Shown here one piece after another: positions 26,680-40,876 of a DNA stretch of 64,000 nt. The notes beneath the pieces were generated by a model. That model searched no databases and was not told the origin of the DNA. It saw nothing but the letters and a program-made list of their open reading frames with translations. Each line of letters begins with the position of its first letter. The stretch's first letter is position 1. Source of the DNA: Octopus vulgaris (lineage: Eukaryota); assembly GCA_951406725.2 (NCBI GenBank), contig OX597831.1, positions 44,950,001-45,014,000 of the forward strand, written 5' to 3'. Made by a program: the position numbers and the translations under genes.

Positions 26680-27771
26680 TTGGGTCATCCTATAAATAAT
26701 GCGGTTCTTTTCAATTGCATGAATTAAAAATCGGAGGGGGCGGGATAATCTACTTGCATCAACTTGCTATAAAAGCAGGCAGTATTTTTATCTTGTCCCT
26801 TATTCTTAGTGCAAGTTTTGAAGAGTTTGATTTTAACAGTTATTTTTTCAAAGTTATAATGGAAGTGACAAAAGAGCATATTTGGCATATTTTGCTTTAT
26901 GAGTTCAATAAAGGCAACAATGCAACGGAAAGTGCGAGGAATATTAAAGCATTATATGGGGATCGGACAATAAGCGTAAGCTTGTGTCAAATGCAATTCC
27001 AGAAATTCCGAACAGGAAACTACATCCTAGAAGACGAGCCTTATCCTGGAAGATCTGTAGAGCTTGACGAGGACTCCTGCAAACCCTGGTGGAACAAAAT
27101 CCCATCGTAACTGTTGAAGAACTAGCAGAGAAGCTTGGATTTGGATTCAACCATTCATCGACACCTGTGTGCCATCGGAAAAGCCAGCAAATTGGATCAA
27201 TGGGTTCCTCATAAACTTTCTTAGTCTAATCGCGCGCAATGAGTGAATGTGTGCTCTTCTTTGTTGTTACGTCTCACGAATGAACCATTTTTGGACCGAA
27301 TAGTGACTGGTGACGAGAGATGGGTTCTCTATGAAAATGTCAATCGCCGAAAACAATGGGTAGGGAAAGAAGAAACACAGGCACCCCAAGCTAAAGGAGG
27401 TCTTCACCCACGTAAGGTGCTGCGTTCTGTTTGGTGGGATATGAAAGATTTAGTCCACTTTGAACTTTAAACCCAAACCAAACGATAACAAAAGATATCT
27501 ACTGCGAGCAGCTTGAGCAGCTTAAGCCAGTGCAAGAAAAAAATGACCATCTTTGGTTTCAAGACGAAAGGTGTTCTTCCATCTGCCACATACAGTGAAA
27601 ATGACATTCCAAAGGCTAGAGCAATTTGAATAGGAAACGATGCCCCACCCACCATATTCGCTGGACATTGCCCCATCTGATTATTATTTATTCCGAAATC
27701 TTCAAAATAATTTGGATGGAAAAAATATGAATTCTGTAGACGAAGTCAGAACAGTATTGGAGGAGTATTTC
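26680..27771 (+). mobile_element. Degenerate mariner (DD34D) transposon, 3' end lost
   Basis: TIR TTGGGTCATCC after TA; ATG 26859 MEVTKEHIWHILLYEF, WVPHKL, IVTGDERW, HPPYSLDIAPSDYYLF. Multiple stops and frameshifts. Confidence 0.9.
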
Positions 27772-27825
27772 GTATTTTACAAGATTATTAATTTATCTAA
27801 TTAATTATTTTATTGTTTTTTTCTT

Positions 27826-27920
27826 TAACCTGAAGAGTGGCTATATTTATATTGAAGTGATTTTACTATTATTACTACTATTATCATTTCTTAAATATAG
27901 CCACGAAACACGTGTCGTTA
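27826..27920 (+). ncRNA. Type I hammerhead ribozyme with long stem II and palindromic stem III
   Basis: TAAC CTGAAGA GTGGCTATATTTA...TAAATATAGCCAC GAAA CACGTG TC GTTA. GUC triplet, predicted cleavage after 27916. Confidence 0.8.
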
Positions 27921-28170
27921 TTCTACCAAATATATACGTTTTATTTACTTTTTTGCACATTACTTAATTTTTGCTATATGTTTATCTTATATTTAATCTT
28001 TCTATAATATGTAATTTTTCTAAATGGTATAATTTAATTTTTCCTTATTGAATTGATAAATTGTGTTTTTTTTTTTCTAATTTATATATATATATATTAT
28101 ATTTTGTGAAATTTGATTTAGTATTTCTAAATTGAATTTTTCCCTGTAAGTTTGGAATAATATTCCCTCA

Positions 28171-28237
<67 letters not shown>

Positions 28238-28315
28238 TAAATATTAGGGAATAAATCCAAATTTACAGGGAAAAAAATCAGATTTAGGATTAAATCCAAT
28301 TTTATAGTAAAATAT

Positions 28316-28482
28316 TATAAAATATTATTAGAGACAAAACCACTATTTTGCAAAACAAACAAGGAAAGACTTAATCAATACATAAAATTTTAATAAATAG
28401 TCAATTTATTAAAATTTTATGTATTGATTAAGTCTTTCCTTGTTTGTTTTGCAAAATAGTGGTTTTGTCTCTAATAATATTT

Positions 28483-28486
<4 letters not shown>
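28316..28486. repeat. 171-bp foldback (83-bp arms, 5-nt loop)
   Basis: Arms are reverse-complementary around AGTCA at 28399-28403. Confidence 0.9.
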
Positions 28487-28528
<42 letters not shown>

Positions 28529-29610
28529 TCTTTGTTTCTGTGTTTGTCCCCTCACTTGACAACCGATCTTGCTCCCGTTAATTTGTGGTTCGGCAAAAGA
28601 GACCAATATTAGGCTTACAAAGTATCAGTCTTACAAAGAATAAGGCTCCGGGGGTCGATGGCTTCGACTAAAAACCCACTAAAGCGATGCTCCAACATGG
28701 CCGCAGTCAAAATGACTGAAACAAGAAAAAGAAAAAAGAAAAAAAGAATACTTTTAAAATTGGACTTTAGCCGTGTTTGTTGATCCCCAAAAGATTTTTC
28801 TTCGATTTTGTTTTCTCATAACTTTCCGAAAAATGGAAAACTATGGTATGCGTATTGTACACCTCCAACAAAAAAGAGGGAAAAAATCATTAAAAGATAT
28901 CTATTTTTCTAGATGCTATGAGAAAATAAAGTCGGTGTGTGTATGTAGACCCTTTTTTATGGTAAATAAGTTTCGGTATGTTTTTCCTTAATTGTGGAGG
29001 TTATGTATCTCGTTCCACTTGGCCGCTTCTGGTGTCTTCTCCCTTTCTATCACTGCCAAACTAAACTTCTCTTCCAAAGAAAGAGTGGCATAATCTCCTT
29101 CTTTAAATTATTCATTTGGATATTTGATTGTTGCTGTTGCTAAGCAACAAGACGGGTAAGAGTGATAAGGTGATGGTCTAGGACTTAAGGGTGGGAGACT
29201 CCAGACCTTAGAAAAAAAACTTTTGTCGTCTTGTTGTTGTCGAGGGCTCTTCGTTGATGCCCGACACCACTGGGAGGTGGCCCTCGAAGTCGCTGGAAAT
29301 GGAGATCTCCAGGTCCAAATTCTTGAACGGCTGGATGTATGAAAAGAATATCTTGTCACAAAAATGTGATCATTGATCAGTTACTAAACGTAGATTTAAT
29401 TTAATTTTATACACACTTTGCTGTCAATTAGACAATTGCAAACATGGTATGTAGAGATAACTTATTTTAACCCATTCGTGCCCACATTTTTTAAAATTTG
29501 ATTTATTACCATTTTTTTTTATACAACTTTATCTGATACTAAATATAAAAAAAATTTTTTATTACAATATTTGAAAGACACTCCTGTCTTGATGAGAAAC
29601 TAAAGATATA

Positions 29611-29787
29611 GGCGCAGGAGTGACTCTGTGGTAAGTAGCTTGCTTACCAACCACATGGTTCTGGGTTCAGTCCCACTGCGTGGCATCTTGGGCAAGTGTC
29701 TTCTGCTATAGCCCCGGGCTCACCAATGCCTTGTGAGTGGATTTGGTAGACGGAAACTGAAAGAAGGCTGTCGTATATATGTAAATA

Positions 29788-29823
<36 letters not shown>

Positions 29824-30030
29824 CTGTGTTTGTCCCCCTAGCATTGCTTGACAACCGATGCTGTTGTGTTTACGTCCCCGTCACTTAGCGGTTCGGCAAA
29901 AAGAGACCGATAGAATAAGTACTGGGCTTACAAAGAATAAGTCCCGGGATAGATTTGCTCGACTAAAGGCGGTGCTCCAGCATGGCCGCAGTCAAATGAC
30001 TGAAACAAGTAAAAGAGTAAAAGAATAAAA
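29611..30030 (+). mobile_element. tRNA-derived SINE (family also at ~8285, 28500, 40690, 42390, 53215)
   Basis: GGCGCAGGAGTG..TGGTAAG A-box and GGTTCAGTCCC B-box head, internal TA/CA tract, GAGTAAAA-type tail. Recurs in the window. Confidence 0.8.
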
Positions 30031-32047
30031 AAAAGAATATCTCAGAAAAATACAGGTGTTGCAGAAATATGATGGATTATCCTTCTGGTCTTAAAAAAAG
30101 GACCGTAGGAGCTAATGGGCTATTACAATATTTATGTGTACATTTCCATAAATGTCTTTCTTGCGCACTCAGACCGATCCCTCACCCCTACACATACACG
30201 CGCACAGACACAGTTCTTAGAGGATCAACAATCATGGCTTACGTGTTTAAGTGTTTCTTATTTTGGAATAAAGAAAGGTACGTAAAAATAACTTCATTTG
30301 ATACAAAACTTCACTCACGCACGCACACACACACACACACACTTCCAGACAGAAGCTGGTTGTAGATAAACATAGTTCAATACAATTATGATTAGGTAAA
30401 ATTTCAGTACGAATTATTTGCTATTTCTATATAAACACAACATAAAAATAATGTGACTTGGCATAAAAGAAAAAAAAATTGGCAATCTTCACTTGAAATC
30501 AACTTTTTTTATGTTTTAATTTGTGATGAGCGAATTTAAAAACCTTATTTTCATATGAACTTAAAATATTTTTTTTAAGAAATCGCACAAAATATATAAA
30601 ACACCAAAAAAAAAAAAAAATTGCGGGTGATTACGTTGTTTTTCTTCAAAAGAAACGAAGGAAAAAGGATCGTTAAATGAGAAGAGAAAGATATTTTCCA
30701 GACATTTAGCTGTTGTTTCTAGTATACTGGGTTTTCCGGTGGAGGTTTGATACTTTTTCGTTTGCTGTTTCAGGAGAAATCTACGCATGCGTAAAGCATA
30801 CGGTGGTTTTACCTTTTTGAAAGCGGGGTGGTTTGAGGAAGGGAATGGAGTGTTTTCTAAGAAAAATCAAAATTACAAAAATAAAAAAATAAAAATTTTG
30901 CAGGCTCATAATCTCCTTCCGTATTTTGCTGCGTGAACTAAAAAAAATTGTAAAAAGTGAAAAATTAAAATATTGGTACGGGAAGAAGGGAAATTACAAT
31001 ATTGTAAACGTTGTTTTTTGCAAGGTCGTAAGCCCCTATATCGAAAACAATAATTCGGAGAAATTTAAAAAACAAAATATTTAACAAAAACATCTGTAAA
31101 TGACGGTCTGACCGTCTGCCAAGCAAATGGAGAGCAGTAATTGAAGTAGATGGTGTATATGCTCCGGAATAATCATTTTAAAGATGTTTTTATAACATGT
31201 TGTTTTTGTTGAATAAAATTTGTTGAAAATAAAAAAGCCGCAATAATTATGCACCAACCCAATATATACATTCAGCACACCCTCGTGTATATGTATATGG
31301 AAAGAAGAAATATATTACCATGCAGGGGAAAATATAGGAGGATTTGTTTTGGGGTTTGAAAATCCACCTGAATCAAAAAAATGTGTAGTCGTTTTTTAAA
31401 TAGTTATTCACATACCAAACTAGTTTCGACAATTTTTTGCTTATCAATGGTACGAATATACAAAAAAAAAAAAAAAAAAGGGTAAAAATTGGGGTTAGGA
31501 GATCTTAAAGTTACAAGGTAAAAATTGAACAAACATGCTTATCAAAGTATTTGGTAGGAGCTTAAACTAAAATTACCTCCAACTCAATACGCCGACTCAA
31601 GTTTTTAAGTGGTATTTGTTTTATCTATCCTGAAAAGAAAAGTCGATCGCGGCGGAATTTTAACTCAGACGTAAATACAGACGAAATACTGCTTAGTCGT
31701 ATCTTGCCCGGCATGTTAACGACTCTGCCAGTTCCCCACCTTAAAATATTTGTAATAATAATATGAAACCAAGTAATGATATTTTGAAGTATTTGTGGTA
31801 TGGTTACACACACACATGTTGGTGCATAATTATAGCGGCTTTTTGTTTTTCAACAAATTTTATTCAACAAAAACAATAACAATATTTAACAAAAACATCT
31901 TTAAATGACGGTCTGACCGTCTGCCAAGCAAATAGGAAGCAGTAATTGAAGTAGGTGGTAAATATGCTCCTGAATAATCATTTAAAGATGTTTTTGCTAC
32001 GTGCTGTTGTTTTGTTGAATAAAAAGCCGCAATAAGTATGCACCAAC

Positions 32048-32111
<64 letters not shown>

Positions 32112-32140
32112 AAAAAGGAGATGTCGAACACGAGTGGTGA

Positions 32141-32352
32141 TATATAAAAAGGAAATGAAGAAAATGCTGACAAATAATTGAAGTAATTTAGGTAATTTAA
32201 TAAGATGACAGTTCTTTTTGCCGGTTGCGCATTTGTTATGCTTATCAAAAAAATATGACATATTTTGATAAGCATAACAAATGCGCAACCGGTAAAAAGA
32301 ACTTTCACCTTATTAAATTACTTCAATTACTTGTCAGCATTTTCTTCATTTC

Positions 32353-32360
<8 letters not shown>
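32141..32360. mobile_element. Foldback insertion in a TA tract
   Basis: Imperfect ~105-bp inverted arms. Absent from the paralogous TA tract at 6018-6125. Confidence 0.8.
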
Positions 32361-32394
<34 letters not shown>

Positions 32395-33049
32395 TTATAT
32401 ATTATATATATCGTCTGGCTGTCTGTATTTGTAGCTTTCGTCCTTGTTTTCGTATACATTCGCTTGCTTTCTTCCGAAGAATCTAGTGCTCTTAGCTTAG
32501 ATTTTCTTGGGGTCGGCCAGATTCGAGCAGTCTTGAGTGTAACCGGCCAAAACTGCAGGGATGATCTGGAATTCGACTGATGATGGAAAGCTCCGAATGA
32601 CCCGTCCTTGTATTTTCATGTCCTTCTTTGTATCGTCTAACTGTCTGTATGTATTGTTGTCGCTTGTTACGTTCTTATTCCTTTTTTTTTTTTTGCTTTG
32701 TTTATATATATAGATACACAAAGGGGTACTGAAAAGTTCATGGCTTTTCGGGTGTCGCGAAAGACCTGGTTGGAAGCCCAGACTTCGAGTTCTTTTACAG
32801 GGCTTAGAAAATTTGAAGGAACGCTGCAATAAGTAAGGGGAATATGTTTAATAAAATCGTAATTAACTGATCATACTGTATTTTCTTTTACCCAAAACCA
32901 GGGACAATCTGTTTACTTGTCTCTTTGGTACAGCTGGTATGTACTGAAAGACCATGATTTATTGAAATATCTACAGCAATAAAAATAGCTTTAGTTAAAT
33001 TTTTATCTTTAGTGTTGCTACATCTTTTGTCGTTGCACAATGAGATAAA

Positions 33050-33236
33050 ACCGTCAGTCGATTACATAGACCTCAGTATTCAGCTGGTACTCATTTCATC
33101 GGCCCCAAAAGGATGGAAGGCAAAGTCGACCTCGGTGGAATTTGAATTCAGAACGTAAAGGCGGGTGAAATACTGCTGAGCATTTTTGTCTGGCGTGCCA
33201 GCAATTCTGCCAGCTCGCTGCCTCACAAATTTCTCT

Positions 33237-33270
<34 letters not shown>

Positions 33271-34452
33271 AAAAATTTTAAATTTCGGCACAAGGTCAGC
33301 AATTTCGTGGGAGAGAATACGTCGTTTACACGACTCCTGTGCTCAAGAAGTACTTATTTTATCGACCACAAATAGGATAAAAAGGGGAAGTCGACCACGG
33401 TGGAATTTGGACTCAGAACGTAAAGACAGATGAAATGCCGCTGAGGATTTTTGTTCGCCCTGCTAACGATTCTGCAAGCTGGACACTTTGCAAATCCTTC
33501 TAATAATGATACTGAGTTCAAATTTTGGCCCAAGGTCAGATATTTCCGGGGGGGGGGGTCGATTGCACCGATCTCAGCATTCGCTGCCTCACAAAATTCT
33601 CTAATAATAATAATAATAACAATATTGATTTGAAATTTTGGCACAAGGCCAGCAATTTCGTGGGAGAGAATACGTCGTTTACATTGACCTCAGTACTCAA
33701 CTGGTACTTATTCTATTGAGCACAGAAAGAATGAAAAGGAGAAGTCGATCTCAGTGGAATTTGAACTCAGAACGTAAAGACAGATCAAATGCTGCTGAGC
33801 TTCCTTGCCCATTTTATCCGGCGTGTTAACGATTCTGTCAACTCGTCGCCTTGCAAATTCCTCTAATAATAATATTCTTTCCTACTCTAGGCACAAGGTC
33901 CAAAATTTTGGGAGAAGGGGCCAGTCGATTAGATTGACCCCAGTACGCAACCGGTACTTATTTTATCGACTCCGAAAGAATGAAAGACAAAGTCGACCTC
34001 GGCGTAATTTGAACTCAGAACGTAACGGCAGACGAAATACTTATTTCTTTACTACCCACAAGGGGCTAAACACAGAGAGAACAAACAAGGACAGACAGAC
34101 AGATTAAGTCGATTACATCGACCCCAATGCGTATCTGGTACTTAATTTATCGACCCCGAAAGGATGAAAAGCAAAGTCGACCTCAGCGGAACTTGAACTT
34201 AGTGGCAGACGAAATACCTGTTTCTTTACTACCAATAAGGAGCTAAACACAGAGAGGACAAACAAGGACAGACAAACGGATTAAGTCGATCATATCGAAC
34301 CCAGTGCATAACTGGTATTTATTTAATCGATCCCGAAAGGATGAAAGGCAAAGTCGACCGCGGCGGAATTTGAACTCAGAACGTAAAGAAAGACGAAATA
34401 CCACTAAGCACTTCGCCCAGCGTGATCATGTTTCTGCCAGCTCGCCGCCTTG
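33050..34452 (-). mobile_element. Cluster of tandem SINE copies (second family)
   Basis: Repeated reverse-complement AAAGTCGACCTCGGCGGAATTTGAACTCAGAACG blocks separated by (TAA)n. Confidence 0.8.
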
Positions 34453-35482
34453 CAAATTCTTCTAATAATAATATTAATTGAAAAAAAAAATACTGAAACA
34501 ATGAAAAGACATTAAATGGAATTCTTTATTTATAAATACATTCGATTTTCGATAGGTTTATTTCTGCCCAGAATCATAGCAGACTTGGAATTACTGCGCT
34601 GGTTGCTATTCAAATTTAGGTTCCAAGTTTTCGCTCCATTTACCACGAAGCGCTTCAGAGGAACCCGACAAATAAAGCATAAAGTACATGTGTTGGCTAC
34701 GTGTTTCTCCGGAGACTGTCGGAATGATATACATGCCTCTCGATTGAGATTGTTTACAATTTTTTTTCTGTTTGCGAAGGAATGGCTAAAATTTGCCCTG
34801 TTTATAATTATGCCATATATTACCAAAAAACAAAAGACGAAGACAGGTGGTGTAGACAACAAATAGATGTATTAGTTTAACGCTCAGGAAGTGAAAATAT
34901 ATATATATCATGAAGGCGTATGACTTAGGGGTTAACGAGTTCAGCTTATGATTGTAAGGTGGTGAATTAAATTCCCGGCGATGAGTTGTGTCCTTGAGTG
35001 GACTGGAACAACATGAAGTAAAGTGTCTTGCTCAAGGAGCAAGAGATCAATGTAAGACACTTCACTTCATGTTGCTCCACTCCACTCAGCTGGTAAAAAT
35101 GAGTAATCCCTGTATTGACAAATTCTGTGTCACGCTGATTCTCCATGAGAATTACATTAAACTTACACGGGTTTGTGGAGTGCCCAGCCACTTGCACATT
35201 GATTTCACAAGCAGGCTGTTCTGTTGATTGGATCAATTGGAAACATCGTCGTCGTAACCGACGGAGTACCAGTTGGCATATATATATATATATATATATA
35301 TGCCAACTGGTACTCCGTATATATATATATTCTCTCCTTGTTTTTCTCCTTTTTTCTGTGTCCCTTTCTGTAGAAGAGCGTAGCCTCGAAACGTAAAATA
35401 CTTTTTCTATTCCTGAGCGTTATACTAATACATCTGCTTGTTTTGTACACCACCTGTCTTCGTCTTTTGTTGTTTTTTTCGT

Positions 35483-35594
<112 letters not shown>

Positions 35595-35766
35595 TATATG
35601 TATATAGATATATGTATATATATATATATATAGATTAATCAGCCGAAATTGCGAAGATGATCTGGTTCTTGACTGATGACTGAGGGCTTCGAATGTCCCG
35701 TCCTGTGGTTCTTGTGTCGTCTCCTTGGTGTTTCTGTTCTTGTCCATGTTTGTATTTATTTTTTAC

Positions 35767-35827
<61 letters not shown>

Positions 35828-36175
35828 GAGTAAGTATGTATGTAAATAGATATATATGCATATATATATTTATTTATTTATGCGCCCTTTTCAAGCCTAG
35901 CCAGGCTCATGAAACCAGTTTTCCCGGTTTCTATGGCGTATGTGTTCCCCCCAGCTGGACGGGACACCAGTCTATCACAGCGTTACTCAAGAAACAGGAA
36001 GAAAGAGTGAGAGAAAGTTGGGGGGAAAGAGTACAACAGGGGTGGACACTTTTTAGGTGTTTTCGCTCAATAAACACACACAACGAATCGAATAAAGACA
36101 CACACGACGAATCGAGACCGCGATCCTCCGACCGCGAGTCCGCTGCCCTAACCATTGGGCCATTGCGTCTCCTGC

Positions 36176-36216
<41 letters not shown>

Positions 36217-36633
36217 GTGTAAATGTGTATTATGTATGTAAGCATGTATGTATGTATGTATGTATGTATGTATGTATGCATGCATATATGTATGTATGTC
36301 TGCGTGCGTATGTGTGTATATGTGAATGTGTATGTATCTGTGTATATGTTGTTTGGTATGATGTATTTTTTTATTGCCTTTTATTGGATCTCTCTATATA
36401 TAAAACTGAGAATGTGTGTCTATCTGTCTGTCTGTGTGAATCCCTAAAACTTGAGAACTGCACAACCAATTTCATTCAAATTTTACACATGCTTTACTTA
36501 GGGTCCAAGGAGTGTCATGGGCAAAAAAATTTTTTAACTTCTTGCCTAGGGTGAGCCCACGGCAATCTTCTGCACTATTTCAGTATTACGTGTTAAAAGT
36601 GAAACAAAAGCATCTCTCTATTGTATGTATATG

Positions 36634-36670
<37 letters not shown>

Positions 36671-37718
36671 TAGCAGAGATACCCAGCGTTGCCCGGTTAC
36701 ATTCAATTGAAGAATTAGACTTTTCTGTTATATTTTCTGAATGAACTGGAATATCTATGTTTCGAATTTCATCAAAATTGCAGATGAGGGTTATTTTCCT
36801 CATTACACACCCTGAAAAAATTGTAATCGTGCCACATGGAAACCAAAAGACGAATGATCGCAATAAGCAGTCAGTTACCCTACCCTAGTCGTTACCACTC
36901 CCAATGTAGGATTCCTCACCATCCAGATGACAGGCACAGCTGTAAGATGCATTATGGATCTATAGCAATTGGAAGGGCGTGACCCAACTGAAATCAACAT
37001 TAACAACTGTGTGACGTGAGGGCTTAAGAGAAATTAAAGTGTCACCTCTGGAGTTTGCAAATGACCACTACACTGATACGTAACTGGACAGAATGAATTT
37101 AAAATCTATAAATGTCTTTGAATAACCAGTCACTCATCTGGGAAGGCCTTGTAATCAATGTTACCATCTGGGGACTATGTGTGACCGAGTGATAATAAAA
37201 AGACTGAAAGGAGGTCTGCAATCAAATAACTTTACTCAACACTTTGCAACTGAATCAGTGGAGACAAAGATGCCTCTCATTTACTTAACAATTTATGCAC
37301 CACATTGCTGAAATCACAATGTAAGTGTATGTCAAAGCAAACTGTTACACTGTTGTACCATTGAATTAGAAATAATGCCCAACTTTTATGGTCGGGTAAC
37401 CCTACAGCTTCCAAGAACACAACTGTATTCGTTTTTGCTTAGATAAAATGACAAAATTGTGGGTGTTAAGTCCCCATGGAGGGGTCTTTCTAACTTTGTA
37501 AGAAAATGAAATTTCATAAATATTACTTCATTTGTGTCTAATATATATGGTTAAAATTTCATCAACAGCAAAAATATATGAATTATCATGGGGGTTATGG
37601 CCCTTATGCTTAGAATATAATTTCCAAATTTCATAAAGATCCATTCAGTACTTTTGACCTAGTTTTGGATCATAAAAGAAATGACTAAAATTTGGGAGTT
37701 AAGGCTCCCATTAGGGTG

Positions 37719-37771
<53 letters not shown>

Positions 37772-37774
<3 letters not shown>

Positions 37775-39016
37775 GGTGTCCCAAAACAATGTATACACAC
37801 TTTAGCAGCTGATAACTCAATTGATATTTTTTCTTTCCAGATGAAACCTATAGGATTTAATGATGGCAGTCAGATTAAGCTTTGAACAAAGAAAATTCAT
37901 TCTAAAATGATACTGGAAGTGTGAAAATGCAGTTGAAGTGCAAAAACAGATGGGGAGGGAGTTTCAAACAGATCCACCAATGCAACTCCCTATCACTTGA
38001 ATTAGAGATAAGTTTGAAGCTGATCGAACTGTTCAGAATGTCCACGATAAGCATTCCAGAAGACCCCGAACATCAACAACCCCAACAAAGCAAGGAGTAC
38101 TGGAAATGAATCACCAAAGTCCAAGAAAATCTGTGCAGCAAAGCGAGTCATGAGGTAGGTATTCCAAAATCATCTGTCCAATGCATTTTGAAGCATTGTC
38201 AATGGAAAAGTTACATTCCAAGATTAGTCCATGCTATTAATGATGATGATCCAGACGAAAGAGTGCAGCATTGCGAGTGGTACTTGGAACGATGTGTAGA
38301 AGCTGCACACTTTCCAACAAAGATTGTGTGGAGTGATGAAGCCACATTCAAATTAAATGGTTCAATTAACTGCCACAATTGCACCTACTGGGGTCCTGAG
38401 AATCTGCATGTTATGGTGAAACACCATGTTAATTTGATATTTGTGTGGTGTGGTTTATCATCAAGAGGATTAATTGGACCATTCTTTTGTTATGCTACTG
38501 TGACTGGTCCCGTTTACTTGAACTTATTGCAACAGTCTGTTATGCCAAGCATTAGAGAAGATTTTGAAGATGAAGAGTTTTATTTTCAGCAAGATGGGGC
38601 ACCCCACACTACCATTGCTATGTTAGATCCTTCCTTGATGAGATCTTGCTAAACAGGTGGATTGGATGAAGAGGTATGGTTGAATTCACCAGACCTCACA
38701 CCACTAGACTCTTTTATGGGGATACCTTAAAGACAAATTCTACGCTATGAAACCTACAAGTCGCTGATTTGAGAGCAGCCATTGGACGAGAGTGCACACA
38801 AATACCAAACAAATTCTTTTGTGATATTTGTGATTCCATTCCTTTGCGTTGTCAGCAGTGCCTGGACCAGACAGGACATCAGTTTGAAAACAGGCATTGA
38901 CAAAACAATAAAATAATGTCTGTAGATTCTATTAAATTTTGAAAATGAAGTGTCTTTTAATAAACAACTACTTTACAATTGTTTAAAGTGTGCATACATT
39001 TTTTTGGGACACCCTG
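37772..39016 (+). mobile_element. Full-length degenerate Tc1/mariner-superfamily transposon (rosa/DD41D-like)
   Basis: TIRs CAGGGTGTCCCAAAA / TTTTGGGACACCCTG in TA. Motifs WSDEATF..G, VWCG..GLIGPFF, FQQDGAP, SPDLTPLD. Contains stops and frameshifts. Confidence 0.9.
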
Positions 39017-39043
39017 TATATATGTATATATATATATATATAT

Positions 39044-39112
<69 letters not shown>

Positions 39113-39113
<1 letters not shown>

Positions 39114-39504
39114 TAGCAGTATCGTCCGGCGTTGCTCGGATTTGTTTCGACCCGCTGGAAATGGAATTTTTGAAAAGTAAAACTTTTGCATTATGTAGCT
39201 TGTTATTCTCTTCAAGTGAACATTTTTCTGGTTGAAATACACCGAAAAGTGGCGACACAGCAGTGAAAAAATCGTAAAAAAATAGGGATTTTCATAGAAA
39301 AAAGCACCTTTTTGATGTAAATAATTTTTGGTGTTAACATGGTCCGATTTGAATTTTATCTTCTACGGAAGGAAGAGCAACCCTTCTTCTATCATACTCT
39401 CAATTTTGGTCAACTTGCGCCGCAGGGTCTCGGAGGAGATAGTGTTAGTTGAAGGTTACCAAACCTGGCGCACACAGACAACTTCAGCTTTATATAGAGA
39501 GAGA
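39113..39504 (-). mobile_element. Short non-autonomous Helitron
   Basis: Minus strand begins TCTCTCTCTATATAAAG and ends with a CGAGCAACGCCGG hairpin and CTAG in an AT context. Confidence 0.7.
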
Positions 39505-40876
39505 TACACACACACATTAATACACATACATACACACACACATGTATGTATGTATGGATGTATGTATGTATATATGTACATGAACCCAGGACCATGTGTT
39601 TGGAACGTAGTTTGTTACCACACAGCCACACCTGCCCCTATGTATGTGTGTGTGTGTGTGTGCGTATGTGTGTATGGGTAGATATATTATGCATGTATAT
39701 ATGTGTACATATTACATGTACATCTATATATATACATCTACACATAAAATACAAAATACAAAGTTATATCTTGATATCGCTAGTGATAACAATACTCACA
39801 ATATATAGCAGACTGGAATTGTAGGCCCGTCTGTTGCAATTTTGATCAATTGGATCTTGTCCTCCCTCTTGTTTAGATGTGTACGGCTGCAGCGAAATTC
39901 ATTTTTGGACTTTCTTCTATCGAAGGCATTTTAACAAAAATGCTTCCGTAAAGACGGTGAAAATATTGTCAATTTCCCCAAACAGGGACACAATTCAATT
40001 TTTAAACAATAACCAAAGCCCCTTCTCCGAAAGGGGAGGGTTACGGTTTACAATTATTTAACAAATGCAACACAACAACGTTTCCCTGACGCGGAACCAA
40101 CAAACGTGATTACAATAGTCAAACAGTAATAATAATAACAAACCTTTTTAATTTATCCCCATTTATGTGAAACCACTTATTCAAGTTCACCTTGGTTTTT
40201 GGTATTTAGAAAATGTCTAAGTCATTGATGCAATTTTATATGAATTGCTAATACACACACACACACATAATAAGGGAACACTTTCACTTTAATAGTTTCA
40301 TACTTGCAAAGAGAAAGTAGGAGAAAGTGTGGTGGTAATAGCAGGAGTAAACCACTTGAAATGTGAGAAGCAAATCGTAAAATATTGAGTTTTCTCGAAT
40401 TTTTGCTTAATTGGGGGTCAAATTGAAAAAACTTGATATGCCATGACCCAATCAAATCTACTTGGAAAAATCATAGGTAAATTCCAATTGAAGAAATTCT
40501 ATATTGTAGAATTGTATTAAAAAGAAACATGGGAACAAGCAGAGAAAATCTGCCTTTTATCATAAGATATATATATAGATAGATATAGATATAGATACAC
40601 ACACACACACAAAGATAAATTGATAGATACAACTGAGTGGGCAAACAAAAGTATGAGACACAGCCTAGTGCTTTTTTATGTTGATAAGCCTAGTACTTAT
40701 TCTATTAGTTTGTTCTTGTGAAACCAGTAAGTTTTGTGGATGTAAATAAATGAACAGCAGTTGTGAAGCAGCGATGAGAGCGAAACACAGACACAAAGAC
40801 ATACACATACACTTACATATATACATATATATACGATTGATTTGTTTCAGTTCCTGTCTATGAAATCCATATATAT

